A DNA stretch of 63,639 bases, counting the filler, from Octopus bimaculoides (lineage: Eukaryota), in NCBI RefSeq assembly GCF_001194135.2. It is 6 parts of 6 records of this genome, joined end to end, with 100 filler letters (N's around TTAATTAATTAA, not from the genome) between each part and the next. Parts side by side here need not be neighbours in the genome. Positions count along the whole stretch, not along the records: positions 1 to 7,469 come from NW_026322481.1; positions 7,570 to 12,589 come from NC_068992.1; 4 more parts are not named here. One strand, written 5' to 3'. The stretch's first letter is position 1, and every line of letters begins with the position of its first letter. This document shows positions 1 to 12,435 of the stretch, piece after piece. The notes under the pieces are model-generated. The model ran no database searches. It saw only the letters and a list, made by a program, of their open reading frames with translations, and was not told where the DNA came from. Position numbers and translations under genes: made by a program.

Positions 1-82
1 ATATATATATACATATAGTGTGTGTGCGTATGTATGTATGTATGTATGTATGTATATATAAATATATATACATGCGCGCGCG

Positions 83-120
<38 letters not shown>

Positions 121-2073
121 CCCATATCAATTTAACAATTTAAACGCACTTATTGACACAATGTCTAAATCTGAGTACACAATGACACAGTTCTACGCAT
201 ATACACCCTCGCACACGCACACATATACTCGCACACATGCACAATCACAAACACACACTATTTCGTCTCCACGTTACCACCTACCTATGCGTATATATAT
301 CTATGGCTATGTATATATGTGTGTGTGTGTGTGTGTGCGCGCGCGTATATGTGTGTATATGCGTGTGAGTATATATAACTATCTGCAGGAGTGAAATTGT
401 ACCGGAAAGACAGTTGCACACACACACATAGAAACGTATACATTCACACACACACGCTGACACAGACACTCAAATAGACAGATGAACAGACTGAGCATGC
501 GTGTATACGTGTGTGTGTATATATTTGTTGTCAGCTGTTGGACATAAAAGTTACTGATAAAAAATTTTAAAAAAATAAAAGAAACATTAAAAAGAAATAG
601 AAATAAACTGCTACATAACCGGAATTTATTGCTCCAGAATGGACTGAATTCTGAAGCTTACAAATTAACTAAGGTTTTAATTGGTAAAGAAAATGACTAA
701 ATTTTACCGAATCAGTGATGTCCGGCGTAGGATAGTGAGACGGGTTTTTATAGAACGACGGGTATAGGAGAGTGTTCGATATACCCGTATTTATCTATGG
801 TGTTTAAATTCATGGTACTCGTTACTCTGAGTTCATCTAGGCCTACATTACGCAAATTACGTTGACCATAAATATATTCTACTCGTTTACGTGGTCTGTT
901 TGTTACTGGAAATAAGTCTGAATAAGTGTCCTTCTGATGACGGCTATTGTGTCAGAAACACATGGCGGTCCCCTTATAGATAATAAGCCAGTCTTTTTTT
1001 CTTAATAACATGTCAACTCCACTGGATATATATATNNNNNNNNNNNNNNNNNNNNNNNNNNNNNNNNNNNNNNNNNNNNNNNNNNNNNNNNNNNNNNNNN
1101 NNNNNNNNNNNNNNNNNNNNNNNNNNNNNNNNNNNNNNNNNNNNNNNNNNNNNNNNNNNNNNNNNNNNNNNTATATAATTCTTCGAAACGCTTAGTTTAG
1201 AATAGGGGCAGCTGATGAAGGAAATATTCTCTATGTGGCCTGTGTGTGCGCGCGTATATGTGTGTATATGCATGTGAGTATATATAACTATCTGTAACCG
1301 CCCCAGTGTACTCATCTCAGGTACATGTGACTACACATCAGATGATTCATTTACCAGTTATTTCTTCCCCACTCCAGGCCCATAAGGCTTGTCATCCCCG
1401 TTAAGGCCCCATCATCTTTCTCTGTAACCTCCCCAGTAAACCCATCTCGGGTACCTCTAACTGTATATATATCAGGTACCGTCGCCGTCAATTTCTTTCC
1501 CTCAGAATCATAAAGCTAGCATCTTCAGTATGACCCCCCACCCCCCACCATTACCTCTGTTACTGACCCACTGAAATCATCTCAAGTACCACAACCAGTC
1601 CTGCTAACCCCTCGTAGCAACCCTTCAATCTCGCATCATTAACACGAACAACATCGACCACATCACCTGTTTTTTGAGGGTTTTTTTTTTTAAACAAAAT
1701 CACCATCCTCTATACTGCTCCCTCCCCCACAACGATGGTCACCGAGCCCTAAAATACTTTCCTTAACCGTCACACATTCTCTTGAACGTCGAACTCAGAA
1801 CCCCCTACTCTCCAACGCTCCATGCCCTCCCCCGGCCCGACTTAAACGTTGAAATCCTCTTCTGCTCCTTCCCCACATTACATCTTGGTTTATTGACTTA
1901 GCGATCTTGTTCCTAGTCCTGCGACTGTTTTTATTTTTAATTTGTCATGTTGTTTTTACAGACTCTTCTTGGATTAGGTATACACACGTATGTAAGTATC
2001 TACAAGTATACAAGGATATGTATATATACATGTATAAAAATATATATGCACGAGTGTGTCTATACACACACAC

Positions 2074-2134
<61 letters not shown>

Positions 2135-2777
2135 TATATANNNNNNNNNNNNNNNNNNNNNNNNNNNNNNNNNNNNNNNNNNNNNNNNNNNNNNNNNNNN
2201 NNNNNNNNNNNNNNNNNNNNNNNNNNNNNNNNNNNNNNNNNNNNNNNNNNNNNNNNNNNNNNNNNNNNNNNNNNNNNNNNNNNNNNNNNNNNNNNNNNNN
2301 NNNNNNNNNNNNNNNNNNNNNNNNNNNNNNNNNNNNNNNNNNNNNNNNNNNNNNNNNNNNNNNNNNNNNNNNNNNNNNNNNNNNNNNNNNNNNNNNNNNN
2401 NNNNNNNNNNNNNNNNNNNNNNNNNNNNNNNNNNNNNNNNNNNNNNNNNNNNNNNNNNNNNNNNNNNNNNNNNNNNNNNNNNNNNNNNNNNNNNNNNNNN
2501 NNNNNNNNNNNNNNNNNNNNNNNNNNNNNNNNNNNNNNNNNNNNNNNNNNNNNNNNNNNNNNNNNNNNNNNNNNNNNNNNNNNNNNNNNNNNNNNNNNNN
2601 NNNNNNNNNNNNNNNNNNNNNNNNNNNNNNNNNNNNNNNNNNNNNNNNNNNNNNNNNNNNNNNNNNNNNNNNNNNNNNNNNNNNATATATATATCACATT
2701 CCTCTCTCTTTATGTCTCAATCTCTCCCACAAAAGGATATGGACGGACAGAGAGAGGGGAAAGTATGTGTGTGCGAC

Positions 2778-2808
<31 letters not shown>

Positions 2809-4239
2809 AGGAGAGACAGAGAGAGGAGTGAGGGTGAGTGAATGAGTGAGTGAGAGAGAGAGACAGACAGACATAAGTGTGTGTTTGTATTGTATGTGTA
2901 CATATAGATTGATTCAGCGATGTCATTGTGGACGAGCAAACATGATGGCGTTATCAACAATCCTCAGAGAGTAATTAACACACAGCATCGTTTACTTAAC
3001 ACCACAGCAACAACTACAATTACAACTACAACTGCTACAACTACAACTACAAGCTTAACCACCACAACAGCAACACCAATACTGTTAAAATAAACTTGTT
3101 ACTGCTGTTGTAGTTGTTAGTCTGTCTCCTGGCGCTCTGGTTTTCATACGTCTAAATCCACGTCGGTATGATTTTGTCGGGGTGATTTTATCGCTGGTTC
3201 AGTCCCCGATTATCTAGATCTATAACCAAAATCGTTCCAGACGTGTCCACCACGTCTTTTTGTGGGCATCGAGTATCGGTTTGCTTAACCCTTTTGATAC
3301 TAACCAACCTGAGATCAATCCTGGTTTTATAGCACAAAATTCTCATTTCAAAGAATTCCAAGTGAAAACTTTCAATCAAAACTTCTGGTTCCAAATACCA
3401 GCTTAATAACGATAATGGTACTTACTAAATTCTTCGTTATTTCCAGAGTTTGAAACGAAGGAATTGTACTTTAACAGAAATATGGTAACAAAAAGCCTAA
3501 ATTGATCTAAAGTCAAAAGCTCCCTTCAAAATTTATGTTAATTTGTGATCCAAACACCACCTAATTAATGATATTTATCTAACTAGATTTTTCATTATTT
3601 CAGCTTCTGATCGGAAACGGGTAGCTCTGAGTACTCGAAATCGAAAACTTACAGTTATAATATTTTAAAGAACACTCTACATTTGTACTGAGTCCTGTGT
3701 TTGATCAGTTCTGGTGAACCAAAAGAGATTTTCATATATGTGTGTGTGTGTATATATATATGTCCTGTACCCATATACACTTATATATATGCGTATAAAT
3801 GTCTGTACATAAACGTATGTATATATATGCATATATATATNNNNNNNNNNNNNNNNNNNNNNNNNNNNNNNNNNNNNNNNNNNNNNNNNNNNNNNNNNNN
3901 NNNNNNNNNNNNNNNNNNNNNNNNNNNNNNNNNNNNNNNNNNNNNNNNNNNNNNNNNNNNNNNNNNNNNNNNNNNNNNNNNNNNNNNNNNNNNNNNNNNN
4001 NNNNNNNNNNNNNNNNNNNNNNNNNNNNNNNNNNNNNNNNNNNNNNNNNNNNNNNNNNNNNNNNNNNNNNNNNNNNNNNNNNNNNNNTATATATATATAT
4101 ATATGTATATATATATAATATAAATAATATATATATATATATATAAACGAACTTCAGATCAAATAATTGTGACATATTCCCATTTCTAAAAGCAAATTCA
4201 CTGGTGTTCCCGTAGAAGAAGACGATGAAGAAGAAGAAT

Positions 4240-4446
4240 GGTTTCAAATTTTGACACAAGGCCTGTAATTTCGGGGGGGGGGATAAATTGATTAGATCGA
4301 CCTCAGTACGCAACTGGCGCTTAATTTATCGACCCCGAAAAGATGAAAGTCAAAGTCGACGTCGGCGGAATTTGAACTCAGAATGTTAAGGAGGGACGAA
4401 ATACCGCTAAAAGATTTTTCCCGGTGTGCTAACGATTCTGCCAACT
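4240..4446 (-). mobile_element. tRNA-derived SINE family A
   Basis: Matches other window copies: head TGGCAGAATCGTTAGCAC..GAGTTCAAATTCCGCC (A/B boxes), core GTCGACTTTGCCTTTCATCCTTTCGGGGTCGATAAATTAAGTACCAG. Confidence 0.85.
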
Positions 4447-5110
4447 TCATTGGATAAATCACTGGTGAATGCTTTCATCATAAGTCACTGTGTGATGGAA
4501 CTATTCAATCAGATTGTCGCGATTTTTCCTATTTTACAAAAGAAATTTCTTCAAGTATCTGCTTTTATGAAACATCTTACTGCTGACATTTAAATAGTCA
4601 CCAGATCTGCTGATTCGCTACTATAGAAATTTCTCAGAATTACATAATCTGCAAGGTATAGTCCCATTCATTTACAACTCCCCCTAATTTGCCAATGGAT
4701 ATCGAATATAGTCCCGTCTTAGGGTTGTAGGCCATCATACGATAAATAATACTAACATTCAAACATATATACACATGCTGATAAACATACACAAATTTGT
4801 ATTTTATTATACACACGGTATAATAAAACAGAAAAATATAGTCACACGAACATATATATACCATTCTACATACATTATATATGCATACACAGAGGAATAT
4901 TTATATCAATAAATGAACATAAACAGATAAATAGCTTGAGACACATATATACAGTGATACGCAAGCACACAGATGCACTCATATGTACATATATACCCAT
5001 ATATGTACACACATACACACGTTCATTGAAAATAAAGTTTTTCAAAAGACTATGTTGTTTTGTCTGGAAATCTCAAACATAGACAGTACTGTTTCTACTG
5101 AAGATGCTTC

Positions 5111-5192
<82 letters not shown>

Positions 5193-5770
5193 TACATTCA
5201 TGTATAATATATATAACTTTTATACATATATTTGTACATATATCTTAACATATATTTACATAGGCATATGTGTAGCTGTGTGTGTGTATGCGTGTATCTA
5301 TGTATGCTTACGTACGTATGTATTTACGTGTTGTGTGGGTACAGTAAGTATATTATTAGACAGAAGACGTCTTGACAATGTTATAATTTGAATAGAATGG
5401 CGAGGTCGAAACGATTTATCCAGCCATTTGCTTGTTAGTTATTTTCGGATAAGATAGATAATTGGGTACGTGTGTATATGTGCTTGTATGTATATTAGTT
5501 GGTAGGTATCAGTGTGTATGTATGTGTATACGTGCTAGTGTGTGTGTGTGGACAGAGGCAATCACGAACAGTTCTTGACATACACAAAGTCACATATGCA
5601 CGTAGAGCGAAAGCTGTTCCATACATACAGATCCAACTCATATACAAATAGGCAAAGAGGCACACGCATTTATAAACCATTGCAGACATTAAGTATTCTG
5701 ATGAGTTGAATATATACACTTACATAGAGTTACCTATAAATGTTATTATTAACCTTTATATATATATATA

Positions 5771-5990
5771 TTCTTTTATTTGTTTCAGCCATTCGACCGC
5801 GGCCATGCTGCAGCACCGCCTTTAGTCGAGCAAGTCGACCCCAGGACTTATTCTTTGTAAGCTTAGTACTTATTCTATCGGTTTCTTTTGCCGAACCGCT
5901 AATGTTACCGGGACGTAAACACACCAGCATCGGTTGTCAAGCGATGTTGGGAGGACAAACACAGACACAAACATATACATACTTACATAC
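5771..5990 (-). mobile_element. SINE B 3' half (runs into a gap)
   Basis: Matches the tail half of 7975-8382. Confidence 0.85.
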
Positions 5991-5996
5991 ATACAT

Positions 5997-6030
<34 letters not shown>

Positions 6031-6913
6031 NNNNNNNNNNNNNNNNNNNNNNNNNNNNNNNNNNNNNNNNNNNNNNNNNNNNNNNNNNNNNNNNNNNNNN
6101 NNNNNNNNNNNNNNNNNNNNNNNNNNNNNNNNNNNNNNNNNNNNNNNNNNNNNNNNNNNNNNNNNNNNNNNNNNNNNNNNNNNNNNNNNNNNNNNNNNNN
6201 NNNNNNNNNNNNNNNNNNNNNNNNNNNNNNNNNNNNNNNNNNNNNNNNNNNNNNNNNNNNNNNNNNNNNNNNNNNNNNNNNNNNNNNNNNNNNNNNNNNN
6301 NNNNNNNNNNNNNNNNNNNNNNNNNNNNNNNNNNNNNNNNNNNNNNNNNNNNNNNNNNNNNNNNNNNNNNNNNNNNNNNNNNNNNNNNNNNNNNNNNNNN
6401 NNNNNNNNNNNNNNNNNNNNNNNNNNNNNNNNNNNNNNNNNNNNNNNNNNNNNNNNNNNNNNNNNNNNNNNNNNNNNNNNNNNNNNNNNNNNNNNNNNNN
6501 NNNNNNNNNNNNNNNNNNNNNNNNNNNNNNNNNNNNNNNNNNNNNNNNNNNNNNNNNNNNNNNNNNNNNNNNNNNNNNNNNNNNNNNNNNNNNNNNNNNN
6601 NNNNNNNNGCTTTACCTCTAATTATAGATACCTAAGTGTCTACTGTTAAAAGAATTTCTCTAAAATTTGTTGAACTATTTCATATTTTATATAACAGAAT
6701 GAGCGAACAAAAGAATCAAGATGGACGTACGAGACGCGCCCACATCAAAATGCACACATGTATGAACGGCCGTGTCTATATAGAACCGTTTAGAACGCCT
6801 TTGAGATTGAGCAACATAATTGGGGTACATCTGGAGCTAAACACCAATAAGAAAAAAAAAAAAAAAAACTATTACGTGTTATATTTCGGGTCACGTTTTT
6901 AATTCTTACTTAC

Positions 6914-7173
6914 CTGCGTTGGAGTCAAATTTATCATACTGGCAAGATGTTCCCGTTCAGGCGCCGATAGGTACTTCTGCTGTTTAAACCGGCGTTCCAA
7001 TTCATATACTTGTGCTTGAGAAAATAACACTCTTCGTTTACGTCGTTGCGTGATAGGAAACTGGACACCCGGTGGTTTCTGATCTAAACCACCCAATGCT
7101 GACATGTTTACATGATTCATGGACGACTGCATAGGTGACATTGCGCACGAACTGGTGCCCATAAGACGCGAGA
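6914..7173 (-). CDS. NKX2-1: Internal coding exon of an NK2.1-class homeobox gene (Nkx2.1/scarecrow orthologue), including homeodomain residues 1-44
   Basis: Minus-strand translation (x)[86 protein letters not shown]. The homeodomain part (7045..6914) is nearly identical to the vertebrate NKX2-1 homeodomain as I recall it, and xSRLMG matches the NK2.1 ISRFMG motif. Acceptor tatgtatttttCAG ends at 7174 (phase 1) and donor CAG|GTAAGT starts at 6913 (phase 0); exon length 260 nt = 2 + 86 codons. The ORF-track start (MLLLL...) is intronic read-through. Confidence 0.93.
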
Positions 7174-7251
7174 CTGAAAAATACATATATCGCCATTTTT
7201 TTTTTATTATCAAAAACATGGCAAGTTCATAAATATACAACAACAACAACA

Positions 7252-7295
<44 letters not shown>

Positions 7296-7469
7296 GAAGG
7301 CCGGATATAGTAACCTTTAAGAGAGACAAGAGAGTGTCTAATAATTGGTGTGGCAGGGCCAGGAGATCAATATATGAAAGAAAGAGAAAAAGTTGATAAA
7401 TATGGAGACCTGAGAATAGATATGTGACAGCTACGAGAGTCAAACATAAAGGTTATCCCTATTGTCATC

Positions 7470-7569
7470 NNNNNNNNNNNNNNNNNNNNNNNNNNNNNNN
7501 NNNNNNNNNNNNNTTAATTAATTAANNNNNNNNNNNNNNNNNNNNNNNNNNNNNNNNNNNNNNNNNNNN
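7470..7569. other. Artificial 100-nt scaffold spacer (N44-TTAATTAATTAA-N44); four more have cores at 12634, 37696, 57135 and 61784
   Basis: Identical 12-mer with stops in all six frames, centred in equal N runs, five times. Confidence 0.93.
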
Positions 7570-7974
7570 ATATATATATATATACACACACATGCATACA
7601 TATACACGCATACATATTGTATTTCTTAGAAGAAAATGTAATTTCATTTCATTCCTTCGCTTTCTAATCTCATAGACATGCATTAACACATATTTTCTTT
7701 CCTTTTTTTCCCCCTCTGCCTGTTTCTCGTGATCTTTCTACCGAGGCAGAAATACATGATTCACTATCTACCAACAGTTAAATCCTTAAATTCTCTTCAA
7801 AGAACCGGACCCTTTAACCATCATTTTTATTCCATTCTCTATTCCTTAGAACGAAGCTATATATTTATCACACAGAGTATACGTAAATTTTAAATTATTA
7901 AAAGAAATGCATTGTGGATAAGTGAAATAATTAATACACATTGTAAGAAGTAAGAAAAAGATTGCCAGCATGTA

Positions 7975-8382
7975 GGAGTGGCTGTGTGGTAAGTAGCTTG
8001 CTTACCAACCACATAGTTCCGGGTTCAGTCCCACTGCGTGGGACCTTGGGCAAGTGTCTTCTACTATAGCCTCGGGCCGACCAAAGCCTTGTGAGTGGAT
8101 TTGGTAGACGGAAACTGAAAGAAGCCTGTCATATATATGTATATATATGTATGTGTGTGTATATGTTTGCGTGTCTGTGTTTGTCCCCCCAACATCGCTT
8201 GACAACCGATGCTGGTGTGTTTAGGTCCCCGTAACTTAGCGGTTCGGCAAAAGAGACCGATAGAATAAGTACTAGGCTTACAAAGAATAAGTCCTGGGGT
8301 CGATTTTCTCGACTAAAGGTGATGCTCCAGCATGGCCACAGTCAAATGACTGAAACAAGTAAAAGAGTAAAAGAGTAAAAGA
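7975..8382 (+). mobile_element. Full-length CORE-like tRNA SINE (family B)
   Basis: Head GGAGTGGCTGTGTGGTAAG..GGGTTCAGTCCC, CORE-like ACCTTGGGCAAGTG, internal (AT/GT) tract, tail ending (AAAAGAGT)n; a reverse copy lies at 28651-29060. Confidence 0.88.
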
Positions 8383-9763
8383 TCATTAAAAGGCACCAAC
8401 AGAAGGAAGCTGCTAGAAATAACTAGGAAAGGAGATTGTTGTCAGTAGGATAGATACTAAAAATATAGGAGACACTAACTTATCAGTCAACTACGGCAGT
8501 AGTTGAATAATATTCTTAAGGCTGCAATTTATTCACACGCAGCATCTTTCAGAGCTTGTTGCTGATCCAGTTCTTAACCAAACTGAAAACTGCTAACATT
8601 TTTGAAGAGCACTGGTCCCTAGCCACATTTTCGTGTAGAAAAAAAAAGTTTACCTCAAAATTTGTAGCAACGTTATAGGAGAGTAAGTAACGCCTCCAAT
8701 AAAGTTTATACCTAAATAACATTTTTATTTTAAAACTAAAATATATTTTTCTTAGCTTCAGTGATAGAAGAAAGCACGAGGGACTTTATAGTTTTGGTCC
8801 CATGCAACAAAAAACTGTATCAAAAAATTGTATCAAAAAAGTTGTGAGGTAAAATATCATGTAAACATATGTAAGGCAAAAAATTGGATTTAAGTATAAT
8901 TAACTTTTTTCATTTTAAAAACAAACTATATTTTCATTAATCTTAAATAATAGAGGTCAATTCGATGAATTTCATGGTATCAATCTCATGCAATGAAGTT
9001 TCAAAAGAAAAAAGCTATGAGTGTTTGTTTCTCAAATTTGACGGTAATATAGTTCTATACATTTTTTATGAATATAGTTCTATAAGGGACTTTTAATGTA
9101 TGTCACCGACGTCATTGAGGTAATGAAAAAATTATCGACGACACCGCTTATTGACACGTTTGACACATTATTAATTAGCATAATACCATAGCTTGGAGAA
9201 AACTTGGATTACATGGAAAAATGCGAAGAAGAGAAATAATATTCTTGAGATTATAAACATGGTAAAGTACAAAATAAGAAAATCTTTACTTAAAATATTG
9301 CAGCTAAGGATAAAATTTGAATATTAAAAATTATTTGATTTTAATTTACAAAGTAATAATTAAAAAAAAAGGTACCATCATTTTGTTAAAATATTGACAT
9401 ACTAGAATACTTTAAAAACAAGAGCCAGAAGTAGCAATATAGTTAAAGTTTTATGCAAAGTAGAATAGTATAAATGGTAGGCAAACTCCTTATGTAAAAA
9501 ATAGGCATTGGGTCAAGACTAAAAAGGTGAAGACTTGGCGGTAACTTAGGCAGTAACTCAAGCAAATTTTACTGTGAATTTGTTGTTATAGGTAAATTTT
9601 TACTGTAATATATAACTATTTTTTGTGTTATTCTATTTATTGTACTAATTAATTATGTACTACTATTATTTTGTACAATCTATTTTCAAATTTCTAATTA
9701 TTAATTAATAATTAAAAAAATAGATTTTTTAAAGTGCAAAAAATATTTTGAGTTATTTTTTTA

Positions 9764-10880
9764 AATGAAGGATTCCATCCAGGGGCAGGAGTAGCAAGAT
9801 TATACCTACCTAGAAAGGAAGGAGGGAGAGGGTTAATATCAGTAGAACACTGGGTGGAGTTAGCTAGAGTAGATATAGTGTCCTATGTAGGTAATAGTGA
9901 AGAAAGTTTATTAAAAGCTGCTAGAGTCACAGCAAGACATAGGGAAATCGAAAATCCAAGCGAATTAAAAAACCAGAAAAAGAACAGAAATTATCTGACT
10001 GGCAGGAGAAGGCGTTGCATAGTAGATTCGCAAAAATAGGTTCAGGAATTAGTAGCAGTGAGACATGGTTATGATTGCAGACAGAAAAGCTGAAGAGGGA
10101 GACAGAAAGTTTGTTAGTAGCTGCATAATATCATGCATTAAGGACTAATTAGATAAAAATCAAGATAGACAAAAACCAAGTAATTTCCCAATGTAGATTA
10201 TGCAAAGCAAAAGAGGAAAGCGTTACTCATATAGTAAGTGAATGTAGCATGCTGGCATATGCTACAAACAAGAAAAGACATGACAATCTCGGGAGAGTAA
10301 TTCATTGAAAGCTATGTAGAAAGCTAGGATTTGAACATACTGATAAATGATATGAACATGAACCTGGTAAAGTTCTAGAAAGTAAGAAATACAAGATGTT
10401 GTCGGATTTTAACAGTCAGGCTGACAGAGTAATAGAAACTAGAATGTAAGGAGAATAGGAAGTGACAGATAATTGACTTTACAGTTCCATATGATGAAAA
10501 TATTAATATGAGTGGTATAGAAAAATAGCGAAGTACCATTGAATTACAGAGACTATGGAAATTGTGGGCAAAATGTATTCCAGTAATTATAGGTGTATTG
10601 GGAACTATCCCTAAAAATCTGAACAGATGGATAGAGGAAAGAGGCATAAAGCCCAGTTTAGTACAACTACAGAAAACAATGTTATTAGGGACAACTAGGA
10701 TACTTAGGAGGGTTCTTAGCATCTAAGGTTACTTGCATCTAAGGTTACTTGCATCTAAGGTTACTTAGCATCTGAGGTTACCAAATAGGAGGGTTCTTGA
10801 CATCTGAGTCTATTTGTTGTAGCCCGATGTTAGAATTATTTTCTTTTCCAACAGTCGATCTGTTTAGTGTTTATGAAAAT
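9764..10880 (+). mobile_element. 5'-truncated, decayed RLE-type non-LTR retrotransposon (R4/Dong-like), 3' end
   Basis: Reads GFHP..VARLYLPRKEGGRGL, LKRETESLLVAA, zinc knuckle CRLCKAKEESVTHIVSEC, RHD, IDFTVPYD and PVIIGVLG..LQKTMLLGTTRILRRVLS, with stops and frameshifts; ends in an (AAT)n tail. Confidence 0.85.
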
Positions 10881-10912
10881 AATAATAATAATGATAATGA
10901 TAATTATTATTA

Positions 10913-11394
10913 TTTCTACTGGAAGCACAAGGCCTCAAAATTGGGGGAAGGGATTAAGTCGATTACATCGAGCCCCCAGTACGTAACTGGTACTTATTTA
11001 ATCGACCCCGAAAGGATGAAAGACAAAGTCGACCTCGGCGAAATTTGAACTCAGTATGTAAAGATGGACGAAATGCCTCCAAGCATATTTCCCGGCGTGT
11101 CAATGATTCTGCCAGCTCACCACCTTACTAATATAATAATAATAATCCTTTCTACTATAAGCACAAGGCTTGAAATTTAGAGGAGGGTTTTGTCGATTAC
11201 ATCGATCCCAGTACTCAACTGGTACTTATTTCATCGACACCGAAAGGATGGATGGCAAACTTGACCTCAGCGGAATTTGATCTAAGAACATAGCGACGGG
11301 CGAAATACCGCTTAGCATTTCGTCCGGCGTGTTAACTATTCTGCCATTTTTTTAATAGAAATAATTAATAATTATAATAATAATAATGATGATG

Positions 11395-11425
<31 letters not shown>

Positions 11426-11632
11426 TGATTTCAAATTTTGCCACAAGGGCAGTTTTGGGGAGGCGATTAAGTCGATTGCCTCGACCGCAGTGCGTAACTG
11501 GTACTTAGTTAATCGACCCCGAAAGGATGAAAGGCAAAGTTAACCTCGACGGAATTTGAACTCAGAACGTAGCAACGGGCGAAATACCGCTAAGCATTTC
11601 ATCCGGTGTGCTAACGATTCTGCCAGCTCGCC
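10913..11632 (-). mobile_element. Three tandem SINE A copies (about 10913-11127, 11146-11346, 11428-11632) separated by (AAT)n
   Basis: Three same-orientation copies of the family A sequence. Confidence 0.9.
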
Positions 11633-11849
11633 TCCATTTTAATATTAATAATAATAATAAAACACCTACATGAACTTCTAACTTGTTGTCTCTTGAGGTC
11701 TCTGGGTGAGACTTGGATCCAACTTGTACAAATGCAAAACAAAAGTCAAACATAAAATAATAATAATAATAATAATAATGGGCATACTGGGCTTCGTATA
11801 TTTTACCCCAGTGTCACTTTGATGGCATGCACTGCTCTCTCACTCAATG

Positions 11850-11886
<37 letters not shown>

Positions 11887-12397
11887 TGATGATGATGATG
11901 ATAATGATGATGACGACGACGACGACGACGACGACGACGATGATGATGATGATGATGTTGATGATGATGATGATGATGATGTTGATGATGATGATGACGA
12001 TGATGAGCAAAAAATTCAAAGGAAATGCACACCAAAAAAAACAAAAAAACAAAAAAACAAAAAAAAAGGATTCAACAATGTAAATAGAGAATTGTGAGCA
12101 GTGATATTAAAGGTGAACTTTAAACGATTCCACCTTCAGATTATTCACTTGAGTGGATTAATAACGGGTTCAATGGTATCCCTAAACGTAACGTGAATAG
12201 GGGTGATCTGAGCATAAGAAGGAGAGTACTCGTCAATAGTAAACGATCTCTATAATTAGTATAAAGAATTGGCACTTTAATTACGCTTCTCCTTTCATTT
12301 CCCACACATGGCCGCAAATGAATAATTTATAAAACGGTTGGATATTGTAAGATTGTCTTTGTTGCCGCTTCTGTCGTCGTCGTCGTCGTCGTCGTCG

Positions 12398-12435
<38 letters not shown>

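Noticed and set aside
1293-1960. Solo LTR (TGTAA...TTACA termini, C-rich)
   Set aside because: Flanks CTATC and GACTC do not form a TSD, and the initial TG belongs to the duplicated host motif; kept only as an unclassified possible repeat.
3386-3397. TGGTTCCAA (WFQ) as the missing homeodomain helix-3 exon
   Set aside because: Wrong strand, and no VKI/NHRYK context.
8440-9760. AT-rich segment resembling a non-autonomous DNA transposon
   Set aside because: I could not identify terminal inverted repeats, a TSD or coding remnants.
9804-9836. Second AG|GT recursive-like site on the minus strand (pyrimidine tract, TAG|GTAGGT)
   Set aside because: It is the antisense of the conserved LINE motif LYLPRKEGGRGL, so it is explained by transposon coding sequence. 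Exaptation cannot be excluded but has no support here.
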